Assembly: GCA_964565875.1 (NCBI GenBank)
Contig: CAZMGP010000020.1
Span: 2,332-66,331 of the forward strand
DNA length: 64,000 nucleotides
Origin: an uncultured Enterobacteriaceae bacterium
GTDB lineage: Bacteria; Pseudomonadota; Gammaproteobacteria; Burkholderiales; SG8-39
Reading direction: 5' to 3'
The translations under genes and the position numbers were made by a program. This document shows positions 38,379 through 46,147 of the stretch, piece after piece (within the stretch, counting starts at the first letter, position 1; each line of letters starts with the position of its first letter). Under the pieces are notes generated by a model. That model searched no databases. It was not told the origin of the DNA and saw only the letters and a list, made by a program, of their open reading frames with translations.

Positions 38379-39935
38379 TTGGATATTCGCCCCATCGCGC
38401 CCGGCACGGTCGGCCCCTGCCATGTCGCGCCCGACGCGCTGCAGGGGATCAAGCGCCAGCAAACCAATCCCTCCCGCTGGAACGGCGAGAGCTGGGAAGC
38501 CTTTGCAGCGGCAGTCCGAGCGCACGGCATCGAATTGCGCGAAACCGCGGCGGCGCGAGCGCCCTTCGTCACCGATGCCGGCGGCACCGCCTACGGGCTC
38601 GCCCACGGCGTCGTCCTCGCGCGCAACGCCGAGCAAATTGCGCTGCTGCTTTCCACCGCGCAGCGCCACCGCGTGCCGGTGACGGTTTCAGGCGGCGGGC
38701 TCACCACCGAGGGCGAATCGGTGGCCTTCGGTGGCGTGCTGCTGGACATAACGGGCATGAGCCGGATGCTCCACGTCGATCGCGAAGCGCTGACGGTGCG
38801 CGTCCAGGGCGGCATTTTCTGGCACAGCCTGGCCGAGGAGCTGCGCCGCGAGGGGCTGGACTACCTATCGGCCCCGCTCAACCTCACTTCCTCAGTGGGC
38901 GGCACGCTGGGGGTGGGCGGAATCGACGTCAACTCGGCGCGGCTGGGCTGCTCGGCCGATCAGGCGCTCGCGCTCCAGGTGGTCACCCCCACCGGAGATA
39001 TCGTCGAATGCTCGGACGAACAAAATGCGGAACTCTTCCGGCGCGTCATCCTCGGCTACGGCCAGTTCGGGGTGATTACCGAAGCGACGCTGCGCATCCG
39101 CCCTTACACGCCCCTGCGAATGCATTACTTCTACTATGCGTCGCTCTCCACCGCAATCGAAGACCTGCAGATCATCGACAAAAACGACGCCAGCGACTAC
39201 TCCGGCATCCTCACCATCATGGATCGCGCAGTGAACGTGCTCGTCGCTTTCGATTCGCCCGAGCGCGAAGCGCAATTCATGGCGATTTGGCGGCCGCGGC
39301 TGCGCGGCCACGGCGAACGCGGCTTCGCCTTGCGCATGCTCGGCCACTACCTGCTGCGCCCATGGCGGCTCCCCGAAGCCTGGTACCTGTACCGGCGCAA
39401 GCGCGAGCTCTTTCCCGAGCTGCAGCGCGCGGAATTCATGCGCGACGGTTGCATGCTCGATCGCAGCGTGGTGTTCTCGCGCGCGGTGTGGAAATTCTGG
39501 GGCAGCCGGCAGATGGTGATCCCCGACCTTGCCACCAGCGCCGAGAAATTCGTGACGGCGGTCGAGCGCGGCAACGCCGTCTGCCGCAAGTATTTCCCGC
39601 GCTACACCTTATATCTCGTCGGCATTAAGCTGCGCGCCGATCATCGGCCGCATTACGAAATGTCCTGCATTCCGCCTGATGCCGCAGGCTGGGCCTACGG
39701 CTGCGAGTTCGAACCGATGCTGGGCGATCGCGTCTACAGCCGCGATTATCTGCAGTCGTTCAAGAACGAGATCTACGACATCGGCGTCGAAATCGGCGCG
39801 AGCTACTATCGCTTCGGCGGCATGATGAAGGGCTACATCCGGCGCGTGTTCGGCGATGCCCTGGTCGATCGGCATCTCGCGGCCAAGCGCGAAGCGGACC
39901 CCGCCATGATCCTCAACCGGCACGTGATCTTTTGA
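38379..39935 (+). CDS. FAD-binding PCMH/VAO-type oxidoreductase (substrate unknown)
   Basis: 518-aa ORF. FAD_binding_4-like segment (VPVTVSGGGLTTEGESV ... GGTLGVGGID ... GYGQFGVITEATLRIRP) and a VAO-type C-terminal cap ending DPAMILNRHVIF. TTG start at 38379 with GGAG 5 nt upstream; there is no in-frame ATG before the domain. Confidence 0.8.
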   Translation: MDIRPIAPGTVGPCHVAPDALQGIKRQQTNPSRWNGESWEAFAAAVRAHGIELRETAAARAPFVTDAGGTAYGLAHGVVLARNAEQIALLLSTAQRHRVPVTVSGGGLTTEGESVAFGGVLLDITGMSRMLHVDREALTVRVQGGIFWHSLAEELRREGLDYLSAPLNLTSSVGGTLGVGGIDVNSARLGCSADQALALQVVTPTGDIVECSDEQNAELFRRVILGYGQFGVITEATLRIRPYTPLRMHYFYYASLSTAIEDLQIIDKNDASDYSGILTIMDRAVNVLVAFDSPEREAQFMAIWRPRLRGHGERGFALRMLGHYLLRPWRLPEAWYLYRRKRELFPELQRAEFMRDGCMLDRSVVFSRAVWKFWGSRQMVIPDLATSAEKFVTAVERGNAVCRKYFPRYTLYLVGIKLRADHRPHYEMSCIPPDAAGWAYGCEFEPMLGDRVYSRDYLQSFKNEIYDIGVEIGASYYRFGGMMKGYIRRVFGDALVDRHLAAKREADPAMILNRHVIF

Positions 39936-40900
39936 ACCTCGCTCTGCAAACTCGCGCCGACTACGCTCGCTGCAGCGGCTGCGGCATCTGCCTGCTCGTT
40001 TGCCCGGTGTGGCGCGAAACGCGCGACATCGCCTTGACGCCGCTTGCCCGCGCCAAGGCGCTGCAGCAGGGCGCGGCCGTCGACGAGTTGGCGGAGTCGA
40101 TCGCGAGTTGCACCCTGTGCGGTGCCTGCGCGCCGGCCTGTCCTGAGCAGATCGATCTCGTCGCCATGAGCATCGATCTGCGACGTCGAACCGCGCGCGA
40201 AGCAGTGAGCGAATTCGGGCGACGCGCTTCGCAAATCCATGCTCGCGGCGCAGGACAAGGGGCCGAGTCATTACTCCTCGCCGGCGCTTTGCTGCGCGCC
40301 CTGCCCGCGACTTTGGCCCACGCCTGCGCGCGGTTGGGAAATGGGGCCGTGGTCGCGGAAGACGACGGCAGCGACATCGCGCTGGCGCTCGAAACCGGAC
40401 AGGCGCTTAGCCAAGAACGGCTGACGCAGTTCCTGCGGCCGCTGCGCGGCGCGAAGCGCTTGGTCGTCGCCGACGGTCTGCTCACCTACCAACTGCGCCG
40501 CTGGCTGCCGCGCGCAGATATCGTCGGTCTCGGCGAACGCTTGAGCGGGCTCGCCTGCGTGCGCTCCGCCTTGCGCGTGAGCGATCTCTACGCCATCGAG
40601 CCGCGCGCCTACCATGCGGATTTCGAGCGGCTGGTGAAGCACTACGACGCGCTGCGCGCAGAATGCGGTTGCAGCTTCAACCTCGATTTGCAACGCATCG
40701 CCATCCCCGCCTCGGCGTTGAGCCTGCCGCGCCGGCTGAAAGGCGAAGCCGAAAGCGGCGGTCAGGTGTGCTGGATACTCCAGGGCCGCAGCCCCGCGCG
40801 CATCGTGGTCGAATGCGCGGCAGAACTCGAAATCTACCGGCGCGCCACCAGTCTGCCTGTGGTGCATTTGGCCGATTTGGCGCAAGATAAATCGCTATGA
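39932..40900 (+). CDS. 2x[4Fe-4S] ferredoxin-type iron-sulfur protein with an uncharacterised C-terminal domain
   Basis: 322-aa ORF with two CxxCxxCxxxCP motifs (CSGCGICLLVCP, CTLCGACAPACP), as in GlcF/GlpC N-termini. The C-terminal ~230 aa have no clear CCG motif. TTG start overlaps the upstream stop (TTGA). Confidence 0.75.
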   Translation: MNLALQTRADYARCSGCGICLLVCPVWRETRDIALTPLARAKALQQGAAVDELAESIASCTLCGACAPACPEQIDLVAMSIDLRRRTAREAVSEFGRRASQIHARGAGQGAESLLLAGALLRALPATLAHACARLGNGAVVAEDDGSDIALALETGQALSQERLTQFLRPLRGAKRLVVADGLLTYQLRRWLPRADIVGLGERLSGLACVRSALRVSDLYAIEPRAYHADFERLVKHYDALRAECGCSFNLDLQRIAIPASALSLPRRLKGEAESGGQVCWILQGRSPARIVVECAAELEIYRRATSLPVVHLADLAQDKSL

Positions 40901-42126
40901 GCGAAGCATTCCCGAAACCGCGCAACGTCGACGTCGTCATCGTCGGCGCGAGCCTTGCCGCCGCCGCCGCGGCGAAGCGCCTGGTCGACGCCGGCTTCGA
41001 GACGGTGGTCCTGGAGCGCAAGGAGCTGCCGCGGCACAAAATCTGCAGCGGCATCCTGTCGCCGCGCGGCCACCGCTTTCTGCTGGAAAACTTCGGGCCG
41101 CTACCGCGCGAGGCGCTGCACGAGCCGACCTCCTGTCGCGGCGTGACCTTCCACTTCCCCAGCATGGTGTCGATGTCGATGGATTTCTTCGGCGGCTCGA
41201 CGCCCCATCTGCACCGCAAGTATTCGGACTATTGGGCGATCAAGTCGAGCGGCGCCGAAATCCACGACCGAACTTCGTTCGTCGGCCTGGAAGACCGCGG
41301 CGAGGACGTCCTCGTCCAGGCCCGCCGTCAAGGCGAGCCGGTGAGCTACCGCGCGCGCCAGGTGATCGGCGCCGACGGGCCGAGTTCGCTGGTCATCCGC
41401 TCCATTTATCCCGATTACCCGCAGCAGATCCCCTGGTTCTTCGTCGGGCAGAAGTTCCACGACATCATCGACTGTCCGCTCGATCCGCAGTATTTCCATT
41501 TCTGGTTCCATCCCGGCCTCGGGCATTACACTTGGAGCCACGCCCGCGACGGCCGGCAGATCGTCGGCGTCGGCTTCAAGCGCGGCGACAATTTCGCGGA
41601 AAGGCACCGCAATGTCGTCGCCTATCTCGGGGAAAAACACGGCGTGCGCCTGGAACCGCACACGGAGGACGAGGGCTGCGGCGAGAATTTCGGGCCGTCG
41701 CTCATCAACCGCTACGTCTTCGGCAAGGGCAACGTGCTGATCACCGGCCAGGCCGCCGGCTTCCTCAACATGATCGGAGAGGGCATGAGCTGCGCCCTGC
41801 ACTCGGGCGCGATCTGCGGCGAGGCCGTGGTCGAGGCGCGCGCGAGGAACCAGCCGGTGCAGGAGATGTACCGGCGCATGATCGGCTCCGAGGTGCGCCG
41901 CACCACCGACCAGTGGAACCCGCTCAGGATCGCCTTCGGCCGTCCGCACGAAGCCGACTTTCCCGCCGCCCTGATGGCGCTTCCCTGGAGCGACCGCGGC
42001 AAAGTGCTGCGCGACCTCTGGCGCTTCGTCGTGCTTTACAAGGAATTCGAATGGGGCAGGCAGATGCTGCGCCTCGCCCTGCAGCGCCCGCTGCTCGGCG
42101 GCTATCCGATCCGCGGCTGGCTTTAG
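40897..42126 (+). CDS. geranylgeranyl-reductase-family FAD-dependent oxidoreductase
   Basis: 409-aa ORF. N-terminal dinucleotide fold VDVVIVGASLAAAAAAKRLVDAGFETVVLERK, then CSGIL, GADG and GQAAGF segments typical of the GGR/FixC-like family. ATGA overlap with the upstream gene. Confidence 0.75.
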   Translation: MSEAFPKPRNVDVVIVGASLAAAAAAKRLVDAGFETVVLERKELPRHKICSGILSPRGHRFLLENFGPLPREALHEPTSCRGVTFHFPSMVSMSMDFFGGSTPHLHRKYSDYWAIKSSGAEIHDRTSFVGLEDRGEDVLVQARRQGEPVSYRARQVIGADGPSSLVIRSIYPDYPQQIPWFFVGQKFHDIIDCPLDPQYFHFWFHPGLGHYTWSHARDGRQIVGVGFKRGDNFAERHRNVVAYLGEKHGVRLEPHTEDEGCGENFGPSLINRYVFGKGNVLITGQAAGFLNMIGEGMSCALHSGAICGEAVVEARARNQPVQEMYRRMIGSEVRRTTDQWNPLRIAFGRPHEADFPAALMALPWSDRGKVLRDLWRFVVLYKEFEWGRQMLRLALQRPLLGGYPIRGWL

Positions 42127-42130
42127 CGAC

Positions 42131-42214
42131 TTAGAACCCGTAACAAAAGTCCTTTGTTACGGGCTGATTTAGGGGAGCACGAGGGGAAGTATCCCCTCGT
42201 TTTGTTACAGACTC
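42131..42214 (+). repeat. two-hairpin intergenic repeat element, copy B
   Basis: Hairpin 1 at 42137-42163 (CCCGTAACAAA/TTTGTTACGGG), a 15-nt spacer CTGATTTAGGGGAGC, and hairpin 2 at 42179-42200 (ACGAGGGGA-AGTA-TCCCCTCGT). It fills the convergent gap between the two stop codons at 42126 and 42215. Confidence 0.85.
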
Positions 42215-43315
42215 TTAGTTGGTCTGCGCTTGGTCGGGCCCGCTCGCACACACCCGGTTGCGGCCGCCTTTCTTGGCGCGGTACATGGCGGCATCGGCCG
42301 CTGCGACGAGCGCGGCGATGGATGCGCCGGGCTCGCCGCCCGTTGCGAGCGCCGCAACGCCGAGCGACAGCGTCACCTTCAGCTCCGCACCGCCCTCGAG
42401 CGCGAAGGGTGCGGCAACGACGGCCTGGCGGATGCGCTCGGCGATTGCGAGCGCGCCGCCGATTTCCGTCTGCGCGAGCAGCACGGCGAACTCCTCGCCG
42501 CCGTAGCGCGCCATGACGTCGCTGGTGCGCAGTTGCTCCTTGATCTGCGCCGTCAGCTCGCGCAACACCGCATCGCCCGCCCCATGGCCGTAGACGTCGT
42601 TGATGCGCTTGAAGTGATCGACGTCGAGCATCATGCAACATAGCGGCTGACCGCTGCGCAACGCGCGCGTCACTTCCTCGTACAGCCGCTGGTCGAAATA
42701 GCGCCGGTTGTACGCGCCGGTCAGCGGATCGACCATCCCCAGCTGGCGCAGCCGCTCCTGGTTCGCCACGTTCTCCAGGCAGATGGCGACGATGGCGGCG
42801 AGCCGCTCCATGAAATCGGTCGCCATCCCCGGCGCGAAGCGGCGCTCGTCCGCGCTGCCGAGGTTCAGGCTGCCGCGCAGCCGGTTGCTGCGCATGAGCG
42901 GCAGAAGCGCGACGCTCCCCGGAGACTGGGCAGGAAAGAAATAGCCGTGGCGGGCCGCCTCGAACCGCCCCAAGGCCGGCGCTCCGCGCAACTGCAGCCG
43001 GTGCTCGAGCGCGCGCGGCTCGTCGACGAATTGCAGGCCGGCGAAGCCTTCCGGCGCGATGCCGGCATCGGCGAGCGTGCGCCTGTGCTCGTAGCCCGAA
43101 TCGACCAGCACCAGGGTCACGGAGTCTAGCGCGAAGGCCTGGCGGTAGTCGGTGAGCAGCGCTTGAGCGAGTTCGGGCAGATTTCCGGCTTCGATCAGCT
43201 TGAGCTCGAACAGCTGCAGGCGCCGCATCAGCCGCTCGTTGTCGCGTGCTTGGCGCAGCAGCCGGTCCAACTGCTCGCGCAATTGTCCGGCGTGGGATTC
43301 GGGTTCAACGGACAT
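42215..43315 (-). CDS. sensor diguanylate cyclase (DUF484/GAF-like N-terminus plus GGDEF)
   Basis: 366-aa ORF with an N-terminal coiled coil plus GAF-like domain and a C-terminal GGDEF domain carrying RYGGEEFAVLL. Confidence 0.88.
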   Translation of the reverse strand: MSVEPESHAGQLREQLDRLLRQARDNERLMRRLQLFELKLIEAGNLPELAQALLTDYRQAFALDSVTLVLVDSGYEHRRTLADAGIAPEGFAGLQFVDEPRALEHRLQLRGAPALGRFEAARHGYFFPAQSPGSVALLPLMRSNRLRGSLNLGSADERRFAPGMATDFMERLAAIVAICLENVANQERLRQLGMVDPLTGAYNRRYFDQRLYEEVTRALRSGQPLCCMMLDVDHFKRINDVYGHGAGDAVLRELTAQIKEQLRTSDVMARYGGEEFAVLLAQTEIGGALAIAERIRQAVVAAPFALEGGAELKVTLSLGVAALATGGEPGASIAALVAAADAAMYRAKKGGRNRVCASGPDQAQTN

Positions 43316-43490
43316 CGATGCGGTTTCTTCTCGTAATTTGCGCTCGCCCGTACGCCGGCAATTGTATTACGTATTGGCGGAGGCTTTGTGCACCAGCCGG
43401 AGGAATGCGCGCCTTCTCCGCGCCGCGGCACGGTTCAGGCTAGACTTGCGTCCGACGCGTGCGAAATACGCGCATAAGAAACAGAGTCGT

Positions 43491-43578
43491 CTTAGAACCC
43501 GTTGCAAAATGAATTTTGCAACGGGCCAACTTAGGGGAGTATGAGGGGAGGTATCCCCTCATTTTGTAGCGGGCCTTT
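43491..43578 (+). repeat. two-hairpin intergenic repeat element, copy C
   Basis: Hairpin 1 at 43498-43525 (CCCGTTGCAAAA/TTTTGCAACGGG), a 15-nt spacer CCAACTTAGGGGAGT, and hairpin 2 at 43541-43562 (ATGAGGGGA-GGTA-TCCCCTCAT). It ends about 20 nt before ATG 43599. Confidence 0.85.
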
Positions 43579-43598
43579 CACTGCAAGAGGAGAACACC

Positions 43599-44708
43599 AT
43601 GCGTTACCTGATCGCGCTGCTCGCATTGCTCGCCGGCTGCAGCACCGGCCCGGTGTCGCCGTCCGGCGAAGCCGTGGTGCCCAAGTACGCCGTCGAGGCC
43701 TCCTGGCCCAAGGCGCTACCGAACAATTGGATCCTCGGCCAGGTCGCCGGCATCGCCGTCGACAAAGAGGACCACATCTGGGTGCTGCAGCGGCCGCGCA
43801 CGCTCACCGAAGACGAGCGCGCAGCGACGCTCAATCCGCCGCGGGCGAGCTGCTGCGTGCCGGCGCCGCCGGTGCTGGTGTTCGATGCGGAGGGCAATCT
43901 GCTCGCGAGCTGGGGCGGCGCGGGCCAAGGCTACGACTGGCCGCTGAACGAGCACGGCATTCACGTCGACGCCAAAGGCAATGTCTGGATCGCCGGCAAC
44001 GACAACAAGGATCACCAGGTCCTCAAGTTCACGCGCGAGGGAAAGTTCCTGCTGCAGATCGGCAAGGCGGGCCAGACCAACGGCAGCAACGACACGCAGC
44101 TCCTCGGCCGGCCGGCGCACATGGAAGTCGACGCAGCGAGCAACGAAGTCTTCGTCGGCGATGGCTACAAGAACCACCGCGTGATCGTGTTCGATGCAGA
44201 TAGCGGAAAATACAAGCGCCACTGGGGCGCCTACGGCAAGCGGCCGGACGACGCGCCGCAGCCCGCTTACAAGCCGGGGCAGCCGCCCGCGGCCCAGTTC
44301 GGCAATCCGCATTGCGTGCGCCAGTCGCGCGACGGCCTGCTCTACGTCTGCGACCGCAGCAACGACCGGGTCCAGGTGTTCAAGAAAGACGGCAGTTTCG
44401 TCAGCGAAATCTTCATCGGCACGCATACCCTCGGCGCCGGTTCGGTGTGGGACCTGGTGCTGTCGCAGGACCCGGCGCAGAAATACCTGCACATCGTCGA
44501 CGGCACGAACAACCAAGTGTGGTCGGTGCTGCGCGCGAACGGCAAGCTCGTCTCCACTTTCGGCCGTTCCGGCCGCAATGCCGGGCAGTTCCACTGGGTA
44601 CACAACGTCGCCATCGATTCGCAGGGCAACCTCTACACCTCGGAAGTCGACAACGGCAAGCGCGCGCAGAAGTTCAAGTACCTGGGAGAATTTCCTGCCG
44701 GGCAATAG
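43599..44708 (+). CDS. NHL-repeat beta-propeller lipoprotein (peptidylglycine-amidating-lyase-like)
   Basis: 369-aa ORF with lipobox LLAGC and repeated NHL-type blades (GIAVDKEDHIWV, GIHVDAKGNVWIA, VFVGDGYKNHRVIVF, LLYVCDRSNDRVQVF, NLYTSEVDNGKRAQKF). Confidence 0.75.
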   Translation: MRYLIALLALLAGCSTGPVSPSGEAVVPKYAVEASWPKALPNNWILGQVAGIAVDKEDHIWVLQRPRTLTEDERAATLNPPRASCCVPAPPVLVFDAEGNLLASWGGAGQGYDWPLNEHGIHVDAKGNVWIAGNDNKDHQVLKFTREGKFLLQIGKAGQTNGSNDTQLLGRPAHMEVDAASNEVFVGDGYKNHRVIVFDADSGKYKRHWGAYGKRPDDAPQPAYKPGQPPAAQFGNPHCVRQSRDGLLYVCDRSNDRVQVFKKDGSFVSEIFIGTHTLGAGSVWDLVLSQDPAQKYLHIVDGTNNQVWSVLRANGKLVSTFGRSGRNAGQFHWVHNVAIDSQGNLYTSEVDNGKRAQKFKYLGEFPAGQ

Positions 44709-44714
44709 CCTGGC

Positions 44715-46115
44715 TTAGGTGGTACGCGCGTCAGCCGCGGCGCGGCTGACGCGCAGGAAGTAGGCCGTGACCAGGCTGCCGGCGAGCGCGAGGCTCGCGA
44801 TTCCTGCGATCCAGAAGCCGCGCGCGCCCAAGGGCGCGCTCGTTCCGGTCCAATCGAACATCGCCGTGTGCACGCTGAGCCAGGAGAGGTCGACGCCGGC
44901 CAGCCCGAGCATATAGCCGCCGCCCAGGCCCACGCCCCACAGCGACACCGCGTAAATCAGCATCGGTACCACCGCGCGCTTGTAGCCGCGCAGCACGTTC
45001 ACCGCCACCGCCTGCACTGCATCAAACAGGTGGTAGATGGCGACCAGCGCGATCAGCCCGGCGGCGACGCGGCGCAGGTTCGCGTCGGCCGTGTACAGTC
45101 CGGCGACGCCGCTCGCAAAGACGAACAGCCCGGTCGCAACGACGGCGGCGCAGGCCAGCGCGAGGGCGAGCCCGGTCAAACCCGCGGCGCGTGCACGCCC
45201 ATAGCGCTGCGCGCCCAGCGACTGTCCCACTACCACGCTCGCCGCGTTCCCGAGCGCGAGCGGCAGCATGAACATGAGCGCGGCGAGATTGGCGGCGATC
45301 TGGTGCGCGGCGGAATACAAGGCCCCCAGCCGCGCGATGAACAGCGCCATGAAAGTGAAGCCGGTGACGTCGATCAAAAAGGTGACGCCGATCGGCAACC
45401 CCAGGGACAGGATGTGGCCGAGGGCTTTCGCGTTCGGCCAGGACCAACGCGCAAATACTTTGTACGGCGCATAGACCGGGTCCAGCCGGCACCAGGCCCA
45501 AGCGAGGATGCAGACGATGTTCGCGCTCAAGGCGGTGGCGACCGCGCAACCCGTGCTGCCCAGCTCGGGCGCACCGAAATGGCCGTACATGAATATCCAG
45601 TTGAAGGGGAGCTTGAGCGTGAGGCCGACGAGCGTCAGCATCATCACCGTCCGCGGCCGCGAGATGGCAGTAGAGAAGCCGTAAAAGACGCGGAACAATA
45701 GCGACGCGGGCACCGCCCAGGCGAGCGCGTGCAAATAGGCGCGCACCTTGATTTCCACCGCCGGGTCGAGTTTCGCCACGGCGAGGAAGGGCTCGGGATA
45801 AGCGAAAAGCAGCAGGGAAACCGCCGCAAGCGCGAGCGCCAACCAGGCGCTCTGGCGCAGCTCCTCGCCGATCTCGGCGTGGCGGCCGGCGCCGTAATGA
45901 TGCGCGGCGATCGGCGTCAGCGCGAGCAGCACGCCCATCAAGCCGACAAATACCGAAAAGTAGATCGAGGAGCCGACGCCCACGGCGGCGAGGTCGAGCG
46001 TGCCGTAGCGTCCGGCCATCACCGTGTCGATGACGTTGTTGGCGGTGACCGCGAGCTGCGCCACGAGCACGGGCCAGCCCAAGCGTACCAATTCACCGAC
46101 TAAGCTACGCGACAT
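44715..46115 (-). CDS. MATE family efflux transporter
   Basis: 466-aa 12-TM ORF with a NorM-like N-terminus (LGWPVLVAQLAVTANNVIDTVMAGR). Confidence 0.9.
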   Translation of the reverse strand: MSRSLVGELVRLGWPVLVAQLAVTANNVIDTVMAGRYGTLDLAAVGVGSSIYFSVFVGLMGVLLALTPIAAHHYGAGRHAEIGEELRQSAWLALALAAVSLLLFAYPEPFLAVAKLDPAVEIKVRAYLHALAWAVPASLLFRVFYGFSTAISRPRTVMMLTLVGLTLKLPFNWIFMYGHFGAPELGSTGCAVATALSANIVCILAWAWCRLDPVYAPYKVFARWSWPNAKALGHILSLGLPIGVTFLIDVTGFTFMALFIARLGALYSAAHQIAANLAALMFMLPLALGNAASVVVGQSLGAQRYGRARAAGLTGLALALACAAVVATGLFVFASGVAGLYTADANLRRVAAGLIALVAIYHLFDAVQAVAVNVLRGYKRAVVPMLIYAVSLWGVGLGGGYMLGLAGVDLSWLSVHTAMFDWTGTSAPLGARGFWIAGIASLALAGSLVTAYFLRVSRAAADARTT

Positions 46116-46147
46116 GAAACGGGATACCTTGCGGGAGCGGACGGCGA

